Below are positions 1 to 11,722 of a DNA stretch of 64,000 nucleotides, in pieces. The position numbers and the translations under genes were made by a program. The notes below the pieces were generated by a model, which was not told the origin of the DNA, did no database searches, and saw only the letters and a program-made list of their open reading frames with translations. The DNA is from Eledone cirrhosa (Eukaryota), in contig OZ024762.1 of NCBI GenBank assembly GCA_964016885.1, positions 23,250,001 to 23,314,000 of the forward strand, read 5' to 3'. Position 1 is the stretch's first letter. Every line of letters starts with the position of its first letter.

Positions 1-19
1 TATGTATGTATATATACAT

Positions 20-655
20 ATCTATCTATCTAAGGCGGGTAAAATTCCCGAGATCCATGGACGAGTTCTCTCCAGCGGTCTCTGTCCCTCATTATCGCTG
101 CCATATCCTGCATCTCCAACAGACCAGTGTCTGTCCTTAGGGCATCAACATATGTTAACCTTGGTCTTCCTCTTCTAGTGTGTCCATGTAGGGGCTCCCA
201 AAGGAGCACTGAGTGCAATGTCAACTCTGGATGTCGGTGAGCATGTCCAGCCAACATCAGTCTCCTCTGTGTCACATTTGAGCTGACTTTTGGGATGCTC
301 CCATACAGCTCTGAGTTTTTCATCGTAGTGGACTATTGTATGCGCCTTGCACTGGAGAAACACCAGGACTCTGGCTTTACTGTAGCACCGGCTCAGAGCA
401 GGAGAGCTGGGGCGAAAAAGGTATCGGATGCTGAATTTGCCGACGACATAGTTTTGGTGACAAATACAGTGAAGGAGGCAGAGGATTTGATGCGGGAGGT
501 TGAGACTGTGTCGATGAGTGTGGGGCTGAGAATGAATGAGACTAAAACAAAATATCTGGTAGAGAATGTTGAGAAGCCAGGGGGGATCACTAATGTCGGC
601 GGGAAGCCGCTAGATTTGGTTGAGGACTTCCTGTATTTGGGAGCAAAGATTGGGA
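20..655 (-). mobile_element. RTE-clade LINE fragment with 5' inversion: 3' end on minus strand (30-323), RT segment on plus strand (324-655)
   Basis: The minus strand encodes [28 protein letters not shown] (RTE C-terminus), then a stop and a GATA-like tail. The plus strand encodes [34 protein letters not shown] (RT core motifs). Both sides are TA-rich repeat. Confidence 0.9.
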
Positions 656-761
656 ATATATACATATGTATATATATATATATATATGCATGTGTATATG
701 TATGCATATATATATATATATATATGGATATATATATATATATATGCGTGTGTATATCCAT

Positions 762-798
<37 letters not shown>

Positions 799-879
799 TA
801 TACATATATATGCATACATATACATATATATGCATACATATACATATATATATATGCATACATATACACATATATATGC

Positions 880-911
<32 letters not shown>

Positions 912-1080
912 GCATACATACACATATATATATATACATACTTATACACACACACATATATATGCATACTTATACACACACACATATATATATATGCTTA
1001 CTTATACACACACATATATATATACACATACGCACACCACTCACTCACTCACTCACTCTCACTCACTCTCTCTCTATATA
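656..1080. repeat. Compound (TA)n/(CA)n microsatellite
   Basis: Direct reading of the sequence. Confidence 0.95.
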
Positions 1081-1291
1081 TAACGAAGGAAATGTGATAA
1101 GGAACCAGGTGGACCATAACGCACCAAAGTACTCAATACTTAGGGTAGTAGAGTGGGTAATAGGAACGAGTAGGACCCCGACGGCTGAGCTCAAGCCGTT
1201 TCGACGGCTAATTCTGGACTCATCACCAGAATTAGAGTCCAGAATTAGCCGTCGAAACGTCTTGAGCTCAGCCGTCGGGGTCCTACTCGTT

Positions 1292-1294
<3 letters not shown>
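1081..1294. mobile_element. Fold-back mini-element, family A (PLE terminal-repeat derived; 3' half of an HHR on both arms)
   Basis: Inverted arms at about 1161-1220 and 1236-1295 contain GAAAcggc-ttgagctca-gccgTC-ggggt. (TA)n flanks both ends. Homologous copies lie at 5118, 8073, 36846 and 58396. Confidence 0.85.
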
Positions 1295-1338
<44 letters not shown>

Positions 1339-1899
1339 GGATTAACAAATAATAGCTAAATGCAGTCCACTTAGGTGAAGTCCAGTTATGGTATTCCAGG
1401 TAGTGGATGATATTAACGCTTGGCTTGGTTTGACTCAACAAGGCGTTTTCATAGTGATGCTGCGGGTATGCTGTAATTCCTATGTTGTAAACACTTGGAG
1501 TAATAATAAATCAGGAAAGAAGGTTTACATGGTTTGCTATACAAAAAAGGTTTTTAATCTCATAGCTGACAATTGTTTCTCTGAACTGGTAGGTCTAGAG
1601 ATCGCTATTCGCTTATTTTCACGTTACTCGATCGCCAATACAAAATTATAACCAGTCAGATCTTCGGAGCATGCGAGAATGAAGAAAATACACAGGCAAG
1701 TGTATTTGCCTGTGTATTTTCTTCATTCTCGCATGCTCCGAAGATCTGACTGGTTATAATTTTGTATTGGCGATCGAGTAACGTGAAAATAAGCGAATAG
1801 CGATCTCTAGACCTACCAGTTCAGAGAAACAATTGTCAGCTATGAGATTAAAAACCTTTTTTGTATAGCAAACCATGTAAACCTTCTTTCCTGATTTAT
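1339..1899. mobile_element. Fold-back element with about 194-bp perfect inverted arms (1506-1699 / 1706-1899)
   Basis: The same ORF translation appears on both strands, the loop is gtgtat, and the flanks are (TA)n. It carries an HHR-like 3' half (GAAA-caattg-TC-agctat) but no intact CTGANGA. Confidence 0.85.
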
Positions 1900-1951
1900 A
1901 TATATATATATATATATTATTATTATGTAATAAACAACATAAGGCAATTAT

Positions 1952-2009
1952 TCCATTTACCAGTGGTTTCTTAAAAGCAAAAGGTTTTGCTTTCAATCCT
2001 CAGAATGAA
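1952..2009 (-). ncRNA. Type I hammerhead ribozyme (family B, left arm)
   Basis: Reverse complement of the motif at 2091-2148. Confidence 0.85.
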
Positions 2010-2090
2010 ACATCCTGGTTTGTTTATTGAATATGGATTCTAAAAACCTAGGTTTTTTAGAATCCATATTCAATAAACAAACCAGGATGT

Positions 2091-2148
2091 TTCATTCTGA
2101 GGATTGAAAGCAAAACCTTTTGCTTTTAAGAAACCACTGGTAAATGGA
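2091..2148 (+). ncRNA. Type I hammerhead ribozyme (family B, right arm)
   Basis: ttcatt-CTGAGGA-ttgaaagcaaaa(cc)ttttgcttttaa-GAAA-cca(c)tgg-TA-aatgga. All three stems pair, and predicted cleavage is after GUA at 2142. Confidence 0.87.
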
Positions 2149-2439
2149 ATAATTGCCTTATGTTGTTTATTACATAATAATAATAATTAAGCTCTGTTGC
2201 CTACATAGAGCACTCTTTTTTCCTGGACTTTTCCGATGGAATTACTTCATTTACACATATATATATATATATATATATATAAAACCTTCTCTATTGGCAG
2301 TAATTCCCATATTCCCTGTCACATGTCAAACTGTTTCATATTGACAGTCTCAGTACTTTGTTGTGCTATAATATATATATAGTTGCAGCCCTTTCCTTTA
2401 TCTGGTAAATATCCTTCTCTTCATATGTTGACTATTAGC

Positions 2440-4450
2440 TTGGTGGTGATGGTGGTGTTGGTGGTGTTGGTGGTGTTGGTGGTGGTGTTGGTGGTGTTGG
2501 TGGTGGTGATGGTGGTGTTGGTGGTGTTGGTGGTGTTGGTGGTGTTGGTGGTGGTGTTGGTGGTGGTGTTGGTGGTGGTGGTGGTGTTGGTGGTGGTGGT
2601 GGTGGTGGTGGTGGTGTTGGTGGTGGTGTTGGTGGTGGTGGTGTTGGTGGTGGTGGCGTTGGTGGTGGTGGCGTTGGTGGTGGTGGTGTTGGTGGTGGTG
2701 GTGTTGGTGGTGGTGGTGTTGGTGGTGGTGGTATTGGTGGTGGTGGTATTGGTGGTGGTGGTGGTGGTGGTGGTGGTGGTGGTGGTGTTGGTGGTGGTGT
2801 TGGTGGTGGTGTTGGTGGTGGTGTTGGTGGTGGTGTTGGTGGTGGTGTTGGTGGTGGTGTTGGTGGTGGTGTTGGTGGTGGTGTTGGTGGTGGTGTTGGT
2901 GGTGGTGTTGGTGGTGGTGTTGGTGGTGGTGTTGGTGGTGGTGTTGGTGGTGGTGTTGGTGGTGGTGTTGGTGGTGGTGTTGGTGGTGGTGGTGTTGGTG
3001 GTGGTGGTGTTGGTGGTGTTGGTGGTGGTGTTGGTGGTGGTGTTGGTGGTGGTGTTGGTGGTGGTGTTGGTGGTGTTGGTGGTGGTGTTGGTGGTGGTGT
3101 TGGTGGTGGTGTTGGTGGTGGTGTTGGTGGTGGTGTTGGTGGTGGTGGTGGTGTTAGTGGCGATGGTGGTGGTGGTGTTAGTGGCGATGGTGGTGGTGGT
3201 GTTAGTGGCGATGGTGGTGGTGGTGTTAGTGGCGATGGTGGTGGTGGTGTTAGTGGCGATGGTGGTGGTGGTGTTAGTGGCGATGGTGGTGGTGGTGTTA
3301 GTGGTGATGGTGGTGGTGGTGTTAGTGGTGATGGTGGTGGTGGTGTTAGTGGTGATGGTGGTGGTGGTGTTAGTGGTGATGGTGGTGGTGTTAGTGGTGG
3401 TGGTGGTGGTGTTAGTGGTGGTGGTGGTGGTGTTAGTGGTGGTGGTGGTGGTGGTGTTAGTGGTGGTGTTGGTGTTGGTGGTGAATGGTGTTGGATGGTA
3501 ATATTGGTGTGGTGTGATGGTGGTGGTGGTGTGATGGTGGTAATGGTGGTGGTGGTGATGGTGGTGTTGGTGGTGGTGCTGGTGGTGGTGCTGGTGGTGG
3601 TGGTGGTGTTGTTGGTGGTGGTGTTGTTGGTGGTGGTGGTGTTGGTGGTGGTGGTGTTGGTGGTGGTGGTGTTGGTGGTGGTGTTGGTGGTGGTGTTGGT
3701 GGTGGTGTTGGTGGTGGTGTTGGTGGTGGTGTTGGTGGTGGTGTTGGTGGTGGTGGTGGTGGTGGTGTTGGTGGTGGTGGTGGTGTTGGTGGTGGTGTTG
3801 GTGGTGGTGTTGGTGGTGGTGTTGGTGGTGGTGTTGGTGGTGGTGTTGGTGGTGGTGTTGGTGGTGGTGTTGGTGGTGGTGTTGGTGGTGGTGTTGGTGG
3901 TGGTGTTGGTGGTGGTGTTGGTGGTGGTGTTGGTGGTGGTGGTGTTGGTGGTGGTGTTGGTGGTGTTGGTGGTGTTGGTGGTGTTGGTGGTGTTGGTGGT
4001 GTTGGTGGTGTTGTTGGTGTTGTTGGTGTTGTTGGTGTTGTTGGTGTTGTTGGTGTTGTTGGTGTTGTTGGTGTTGTTGGTGTTGTTGGTGGTGTTGATG
4101 GTGGTGGTGATGGTTTTGGTGGTTGTGGTGATGGTGGTGTTGGTGGTGGTGATGGTGGTGATGGTGTTGGTGATGGTGGTGAATGGTGTTGGATGGTGTT
4201 GGATGGCAATATTGGTGTGGTGTGATTGTGGTGGTGATGGTAATGGTGGTGGTGGTGATGGTGGTAATGGTGGTGGTGGTGATGGTTGTAATGGTGGTGG
4301 TGGTGATGGGGGGGGGTGATGACGATGATGGTGATGGTAATGGTGGTGGTGGTGATGGTGGTGGTGGTGATGGGGGGGGGGGGGGGGGTGACGACGATGA
4401 TGGTGATGGTGATGATGTTAATGATGGTGGTGATGATGGAGATGCTGATG
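2440..4450. repeat. (GGT/GTT)n trinucleotide-derived tract
   Basis: Direct reading. The block gaatggtgttggatgg..aatattggtgtggtgtgat recurs near 3484 and 4181. Confidence 0.95.
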
Positions 4451-4925
4451 CTGCGATTTCCTTGTAAATGTTTGTTTCTCGTTGCTGCTGCTCCTGATGG
4501 TATTTTTGTAGCTGTTCGCAGCTACTGTTGCTGATGGTGATGCTGCTGCTTCAGTTTTAGCTGTTTGCAGTTACTGTCGTTGTTGATGATGGTGATGCTG
4601 CGGTTTTTTTCTAACTGCTTGTTGTTTCTGCTGCTGTTTCTGCTGCTGACGATGACGCTGCAGTTGTTTTGGGAAATATTTCCTGCTCTTGCTGTTGTTG
4701 CTGTTGTTACCATAGCTACTGCTGCTACAGATGATCATGCAGTTGGTTCTTGGGTGGGGGTGGGGTGTAGCTGTTTGTTCTTCGTGATGGTGCTGCAGTT
4801 GTAGCTATTGGTGATAAGGCTGCAATTGAATTTGAAGCTACTTCCTGTTATTTTGCTGCTGTTTATGCTGCAGTTGGTTTTTATAGCAGTACCAGTGACT
4901 ATATATATATATATATATATATAGG

Positions 4926-5056
4926 TACGTTATTCCGGGTTGAATCGGAGGTAACCACAGTAAGTAAGGTACTCAATACATAGCAGAGTATAAAAGTTTT
5001 AATATAGATGAGATTCTACAGGACTAGAACTGTTTCATTCTTTAGAAATCATCAGG

Positions 5057-5061
<5 letters not shown>
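4926..5061 (-). mobile_element. Mini-element family C (single arm) ending in a complete HHR
   Basis: Near-identical to 43359-43493, with the same terminus acgttattccggg next to (TA)n. Confidence 0.85.
5011..5061 (-). ncRNA. Type I hammerhead ribozyme (family C)
   Basis: Minus strand reads agattc-CTGATGA-t-ttc(taaa)gaa-t-GAAA-cag(ttctagtc)ctg-TA-gaatct. Confidence 0.85.
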
Positions 5062-5117
<56 letters not shown>

Positions 5118-5118
<1 letters not shown>

Positions 5119-5275
5119 AAGAAGATGTGGTAAGAACCAGGTGGACGATAATGCACCAGAGTACTCGATACTTAGGGTAGTAGAGTGGGTAATAGGAAAA
5201 GAGTCAGGACCCCGACGGTTCGGATCTAGCTGTCGAAACGGCCCGAGCTCAGCCGTCAGGGCCTGACTCATTTCC

Positions 5276-5277
<2 letters not shown>
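5118..5277. mobile_element. Fold-back mini-element, family A (diverged copy)
   Basis: Homologous to 1081-1294, with inverted arms and (TA)n flanks. Confidence 0.8.
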
Positions 5278-5328
<51 letters not shown>

Positions 5329-5658
5329 GTTATAGTATGGGAGGGTCATGCTGCCAATAAAAACACACGCACCTGTAGTTTTTCACTTCAATTTATTATA
5401 AGTTCCCGGTTGTTTGGTTGGTTCGATAACCAGAAGGTGGTTTATATATTGTCAAATGTATATTAGTTCGTATATTAGTTGAGACGAACTAATATACCAA
5501 ACATATCTGACGAACTTTCGATTACAGAATCAGGTTCGATCTATAATAGATCTTGCCTCGAGCTGAAACATGTTTCGATAGAGAAACATGTGTAATACGT
5601 TATTAAGTATGATAAGATGTAACACTGAATCCTAGGTCTCTATCATAATATATATATA

Positions 5659-5870
5659 GGTGTGTGGCTGAGTGGTTAGAGAATTGGATTCGCAATTGTA
5701 AGGTTGTGAGTTCGATTCCTGGACCAGGCGATGCGTTATGTCCTTGAGCAAGACACTTTATTTCACGTTGCTCCTTCTACCTGGAATTGCGACCGATAGA
5801 TAGTATTAGCAATTGGAAAGACCAACAGAGACATTGTTTCCTCCGTCCGATTTGACGAAAGTCGATCGAA
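5659..5870 (+). mobile_element. tRNA-derived SINE with CORE-like domain
   Basis: A box tggctgagtggtt, B box gagttcgattcc, and tgtccttgagcaagacacttta resembling the CORE domain. Minus-strand copies lie at about 61230-61440 and 62240-62350. Confidence 0.8.
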
Positions 5871-6108
5871 GGGGAGGCTATAAATGGAATGAGAATAAGA
5901 AGAAAGCAGGGGGGTCCTCATCAGTTGTCTACTGGGGGTCTCGGATATTTCAACGCTTTAAAGACAAGATATAGACCCCACAGATAGAAGGGGAAAAGGG
6001 AAGAAAAGATAAATAGTGAAAACAACAACAAACCGAGGAATGTGCAGCAACTTAAAGCCAGAGAATCCAAGACCACAGCGGTAACAAGAGCATGTGATCG
6101 CATATATA

Positions 6109-6764
6109 TCAGTGTTGAACAAATGAGCAACGATGGTTGCTAGACACTACGGCTTAATACGGGATGTTTGTTTACAAACACACCGAGCATTATAATAAAT
6201 GTTCGGTGAATCCATACGTACATGTATATATGTGTGCATGTATGTATATATATATATATACTACTGTACGTCTGTATACATATATGTATGTACGTACGTA
6301 TACATACTTATATTTAAGTAACAGCCGTACTAAGAGTGGGAAATGAAATTTCGTTTCATTTTTTCCGTTTATCGTTTTCGGGACCCCGGCCGATTAACTC
6401 ACTCGATATGCAAATTAGGCTTCTCAGCCGTTAATATGCATAAGGAAAGTATATACTTTCAGACGTTCAACCATCTGGCAGGAAGGTATACTTTGCTGAC
6501 GATAGCTAATAAGCTTGAAACTAGTACAGCGTTCCTTTGTCAGTGTTGAACAAACGAGCAACGATGGTTGCTAGACACTGTACGGCTTAATTCGGGATGT
6601 TTGTTTACAAACACACCGAGTATTATAATAAATGTTCGGTGAATCCATACGTACATGTATATATGTGTGCATGTATGTATATATATATACATACTACTGT
6701 ACGTCTGTATACATATTTATGTACGTATACGTACTTATATTTAAGTAACAGCCGTACTAAGAGT
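6109..6764 (+). mobile_element. Candidate non-LTR retrozyme: about 1.5 tandem copies of a 431-bp non-coding unit with a minimal HHR
   Basis: cagtgttgaacaaa occurs at 6110 and 6541 (period 431), with an HHR at 6493-6529. Further loci lie at 14668-15821 and 38945-39339. Confidence 0.8.
6493..6529 (+). ncRNA. Minimal type I hammerhead ribozyme (retrozyme family)
   Basis: ttg-CTGACGA-t-agct(aata)agct-t-GAAA-ctag-TA-cag. Stem III is the palindrome ACTAGT, and predicted cleavage is after 6526. Confidence 0.82.
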
Positions 6765-6919
6765 TTTTGTCCCGTTTATATATATATATACACTATCACA
6801 TACATATATATATGTATACACCCACACACGATATACTGAAGATACTGATCAGGAATATTATATATATATATATTTATATATATTACACCACACACACACA
6901 TATATATATATACACACAC

Positions 6920-6961
<42 letters not shown>

Positions 6962-7038
6962 TATATATATACACATATATGTGCATGCAATTACGTTAAG
7001 ACAGTTGTTATGTTTACATAATTGCATTTATTACAACA

Positions 7039-7400
7039 TACGAGGGTAATCCCAAAAGTAAGGTCTCCAAAGCGATGGGGACGCAGAGAAACTGTTCGTA
7101 CGGCTGTTGGCAACACTGTTGTGATTGGTGCTTCCTTCACTCCGAAACAAGCATGCGCGCGCTTCGCTGGGATGCTACCGCCAAGTGCGAATTTCGCGCA
7201 GTTATTATATACGAGGGTAATCCCAAAAGTAAGGTCTCCTTCCGAGGAAAACATGCAAAAGATCGGCGGATCACTCTGGATTTTCTCTGCATTTTGGTTC
7301 CTGAGGTTTCCCGAAGCACCATCCACAGGATTTTAACGGAAGAGTTGCAGTATCGGAAGTTACAATATCGGAAGACCTTACTTCTGCTATTCCCCTCGCA
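7039..7400 (+). mobile_element. Tc1/mariner remnants (nested, internally deleted)
   Basis: The TIR TA-cgagggtaatcccaaaagtaaggtctcc occurs at 7041 and 7212, with a degraded inverted TIR at 7370-7398. The peptide DRRITLDFLCILVPEVSRSTIHRILTEELQYRK resembles the mariner transposase HTH. Confidence 0.8.
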
Positions 7401-7468
7401 CGTATTTCAATACAATTATTTTGACACACAGTTGTACTTTACACACACAACTAGGCAAAATGCGGTCC

Positions 7469-7870
7469 ATAATAATTATTTCTACTTTTGGCACAAGGCC
7501 AGCAATTACCTCAGTGCATTACTGGTACTTTATTTTATCGACCCTTTCAGGATGAAAGGCAAAGTTAACCTCGGCGGGATTTGAACTCAGAATGGCAAGG
7601 GCCGAAACTCTTTGTCAAAGCATGGCGCACGACCCTCTACCGATACTGCCAATCCACCACCCTTGTGGTCCCTAATAATAATTGTTTCTACTTTTGGTAC
7701 AAGGCCAGCAATTATCCTAGTGTATTACTGGTACTTTATTTTATCGGCCCCGTAAGGATGAAAGGCAAAGTTAACCTCGGCGGGATTTGAACTCAGAATG
7801 GCAAGGGCCGAAACTATGCGTCAAAGCATGGCGCCCGACCCTCCACCGATACTGCCAATTCAGCACCCTG
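7469..7870 (-). mobile_element. Tandem dimer of tRNA-derived SINE (family S, Meta-domain-like core)
   Basis: Sense strand has A box tggcagtatcgg, B box gagttcaaatccc, core gcctttcatccttacggggtcgataaaataaagtacc, and an (ATT)n tail. Confidence 0.88.
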
Positions 7871-7997
7871 GTGGTCCCTAATAATAATAATGATAATATA
7901 GTTATTATAGTAATACAAGCATGTGGAATAATTAATGTATAAAACTACATGTCCGAGTGTGTATGTATTTGAGAAAAACAGTTATTTCATACACAGT

Positions 7998-8072
<75 letters not shown>

Positions 8073-8075
<3 letters not shown>

Positions 8076-8260
8076 GAACCAGTAAGACCCCGACGGCTGA
8101 GCTCAAACCGTTTCGACGGCTAATTCCAGAATTAGCCGTCGAAACGGCTTGAGCTCAGCCGTCGGGGTCTTACTGGTTCCTATTACCCACTCTACTACCC
8201 CAAGTATTGAGTACTTTGGTGCGTTACGGTCCACCTGGTTCCTTACTACATTTCCTTCGT

Positions 8261-8262
<2 letters not shown>
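8073..8262. mobile_element. Fold-back mini-element, family A
   Basis: The short arm starts at aggaacc after (TA)n and the long arm ends at ttccttcgtta. Confidence 0.85.
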
Positions 8263-8303
<41 letters not shown>

Positions 8304-8331
8304 TATATATATATATATGCACACACATACA

Positions 8332-8366
<35 letters not shown>

Positions 8367-8521
8367 ATATATATATTCCTATGTACCTGCACAAGGACAC
8401 ACATATATATGTATTTATATATTACATATTTATGCATATATATCTGAACACACATATATATATACATGTAAATACATATATGTATATATACATATTTATG
8501 CATATATACCTACACACACAC

Positions 8522-8555
<34 letters not shown>

Positions 8556-9281
8556 ATGTATATATACATACATATATCTATATATATATATCGTACATAT
8601 TTCTGTATATATACCTGCTGAAAACCGCACACATAAATATACATATGTATTTAAATTATTTGTGACTAATCCCGGTCTTTTAAAAAAAAAAACCGCGATA
8701 ATATTGCTTTTTTGCTGAACTCCTTATATTGTAGAGTTCTTTTTTTTTCGGAATGTTTTTGACTGTTGTTTCACATAAACAGACATTCGTCTCATTCTGA
8801 CGTCACCAGCCCTGTCTCTACATGTGCGTTTATGTTCATAATTAGGCATGATGTTGAACTAGCCTGCTTTTAAATTCCCTTTTTGGCATATTATAAACAG
8901 TGGTTTTGGTTATCGTGTCTGAGCTCTGCTGATGATCGATTCCAACCGTGACCATCCCAACTGAAAGTTTCGTGAAATAGTCTTTTTTAAGACTATACAG
9001 AGCATTTGTAGTTTTTCCAAATTGAAGGATGAGTATTTTAAACTTTATTGATTTTTCCCTGGATTTCACTAAATTCTGTGGATGAATCTATGTCCCTATT
9101 CTTTTTGAATTGAGTTTGAATTATTTTCCCACATCTTACGTTAATTATTTTCCATTTTGACGTTATAGTCACTTATATATTATGAAATACCGGCTCCTTG
9201 CTCACAATAATTTCTATACTTTTCATTTATATATATATAGTACATATTTATGTATATATACCTGCTCAAACCCACACACAG

Positions 9282-9340
<59 letters not shown>

Positions 9341-9539
9341 ATATTTATGCATATATACCTGCTCAAACAAACACACATATAAATATATATTTTTTATTTA
9401 TACATCGTACATACTTATGCATATATACCTGTTCAAACACACACACACTATATATATACATACATACATACATACACATATATATATATATATATATATA
9501 CATACATACATACATACATACATACATACATACATACAG

Positions 9540-9840
9540 GTAAGTATCGATTAGATAGTTCAGAAGAACTCTAAGACCATAAGACCATATAAGGTGCCAA
9601 AATGTCAAAATGTAAGGAAAGATTTGATGGAACAGGGGACAAATATTTCACTCCCTGATTGGCGTTTCCACAGACATGGCACGACACTGGAGATTATCTT
9701 GTCACCTACTTTCTCCAAGGAATATTCTCATTTCTATCTCTGTAATCTTCCTTTCCAAAACTAAGGCAGACATCAATTTTGTTTTATTCTCGAAAAGCGC
9801 AGATAACACAATTAACATATGTTCGTACAGCAGACTGATG
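9540..9840 (-). mobile_element. Possible highly decayed LINE 3' fragment
   Basis: The minus-strand translation has an LLYE..ERKITEIEMRI stretch loosely like the RTE post-RT region. The match is weak. Confidence 0.3.
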
Positions 9841-9849
9841 TGATCTCTC

Positions 9850-10415
9850 TGTCTAAATCACCCTCTCTCTTTCTCCATCTATCTCACTATCCCTCACTCC
9901 ATCTATCTCACTATCCCTCTCTCCATCTATCTCACTATCCATCTCTCTCTCTCTCCATCTCTCTCTCTCTCCATCTCTCTCTCTCTCCATCTCTCTCTCT
10001 CCATCTCTCTCTCTCTCCATCTCTCTCTCTCCATCTCTCTCTCTCTCCATCTCTCTCTCTCTCCATCTCTCTCTCTCTATCCATCTCTCTCTCTCTATCC
10101 ATCTCTCTCTCTCTATCCATCTCTCTCTCCATCCACCTCTCTCTCCATCCACCTCTCTCTCGATCCATCTATCTCCATCCATCTCTTTTTGTCACTGTCA
10201 CTATGTCTCTCTCCTCTTTCATTCATTATTTCTCACTACCTCTTTCAATGTATTTCTCTTTCTCTTTTTCTCGTACTCTCATTCCCCCTCCCTCCCTCCC
10301 TCCCTCCCCCTCCCCCTCTCTCCCCCTCCCTCTCCCCCTCTCCCTCCCTCTCTCCCTCCCTCTCCCTCCCTCTCCCTCCCTCTCCCTCCCTCTCCCTCTC
10401 CCTCTCCCTCTCCCT

Positions 10416-10457
<42 letters not shown>

Positions 10458-10520
10458 CCATCCATCTCCCTCTCTCTCTCTCTGTCACCATCTCTCTGTC
10501 TCTTTCCCTCTTCCTATCTT
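9850..10520. repeat. Polypyrimidine (CT)n/(CCT)n/CCAT compound repeat
   Basis: Direct reading. Confidence 0.93.
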
Positions 10521-11115
10521 CGGTGTCTACCCCCTCTCCATCCCACTAATCTCTCTCCCTGTTACCTTTTTCTAAGTCTCTTTATCCCTCTCTCCACCTA
10601 TCTCCATCAATCTGTCAAAACGTCTCTCTTTCACTGACTATCCTCCATTCCTTCCTCTATTCCCCTCTTCCTACCACCCGTCACATGTTATTCTTTATTC
10701 TTTTTGTCCTTCTGTTTCCCCTCTGCCGCCATATTTTATTTCCTTCTTTCCTCTAAATCTTATGTCGTCCATTTTCCTCTCTCCGATTTTCACTTTTTTC
10801 TTATTTTCCCTGCCTTATTCTGTTCCCCTATATATATACTTTTCCCCTTATATATATATACTCTCTCTATATATATATCTATATATAGAGAGATAGATAG
10901 ATATATTTCTTTATTAGCCACAGGGGCACAAAAGAAGGGGACAAATATATAGAGATAGATAGATAGATAGATAGATATACTGTGTGTGTATGTGTGTGTG
11001 TGTGTGTGTGCTTTCTCTATGTGTGTGTGTATATATATATATATATACTCGCTTTCCCATATATATATATACTCTCTCCCTATATATATATATACACACA
11101 CACACACTCTCTGTA

Positions 11116-11149
<34 letters not shown>

Positions 11150-11250
11150 CTATGTGTGTGTGTGTATATATATAAATACTATGTGTGTGTGTGTATATAT
11201 ATATATACTGTGTGTGTGTGCGTATATATATATATACTGTGTGTGTGTGC

Positions 11251-11294
<44 letters not shown>

Positions 11295-11295
11295 G

Positions 11296-11415
11296 ATATT
11301 AAATAAATGGAAACTATATTTATAAAACCATATTAATTTCATTATACATATTTCAGGGATATCAAATTAAAATATGGTATGCCTTCATCAGACAAAATAC
11401 AATTTTAAATAGAAC
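11296..11415 (-). mobile_element. Mini-element family D with decayed HHR
   Basis: Minus strand reads ttttgt-CTGATGA-aggcatacca..tgatatccct-GAAA-tatgta-TA-atgaaa. Homologous to 28225-28350. Confidence 0.7.
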
Positions 11416-11418
11416 TTT

Positions 11419-11457
<39 letters not shown>

Positions 11458-11722
11458 TCGCTCTCCCATATACATACTCTATATACATACTCTCTCTCTC
11501 CCTATATATATATATACACACACACACACACTCTGTATGTGTGTGTGTGTATATATATATATACACCACTCTCTCCCTCTCTACTTATCTCTCATGCATA
11601 TTTATAAACATTGTTATACGTATGTATCCACAATTGACATGTTCTAATCTAGACCTTTAGATAAAGTCTACACATAAGCTTACTGATGCATCTTTAATTA
11701 GTATAAACATTCTGTGGACACA

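Larger units (their letters stand above)
1918..2182. mobile_element. Palindromic mini-element, family B, with a complete HHR on each strand
   Basis: Near-perfect palindrome centred on cctagg (2047-2052). A single-arm copy lies at 13995-14120. Confidence 0.88.

Noticed and set aside
1218-1226. TGATGA on the minus strand as the catalytic core of family A
   Set aside because: The longer copy at 58396 shows this position lies in the stem II loop, and the true core is further upstream.
2383-4467. Poly-Val and Pro/Thr ORFs
   Set aside because: They are artefacts of the (GGT)n repeat.
5505-5580. CTGACGA...GAAACATGTT hammerhead-like motif
   Set aside because: Stem I could not be paired convincingly, so it is at best a decayed motif.
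5659-5725. tRNA gene
   Set aside because: A and B boxes are present, but the sequence continues into a SINE body and occurs in several diverged copies without a clean cloverleaf.
6109-6764. Helitron/Helentron or MITE interpretation of the 431-bp unit
   Set aside because: No fixed termini, TIRs or 3' CTRR hairpin are shared across the three loci. The permuted ends and conserved HHR fit a retrozyme better.
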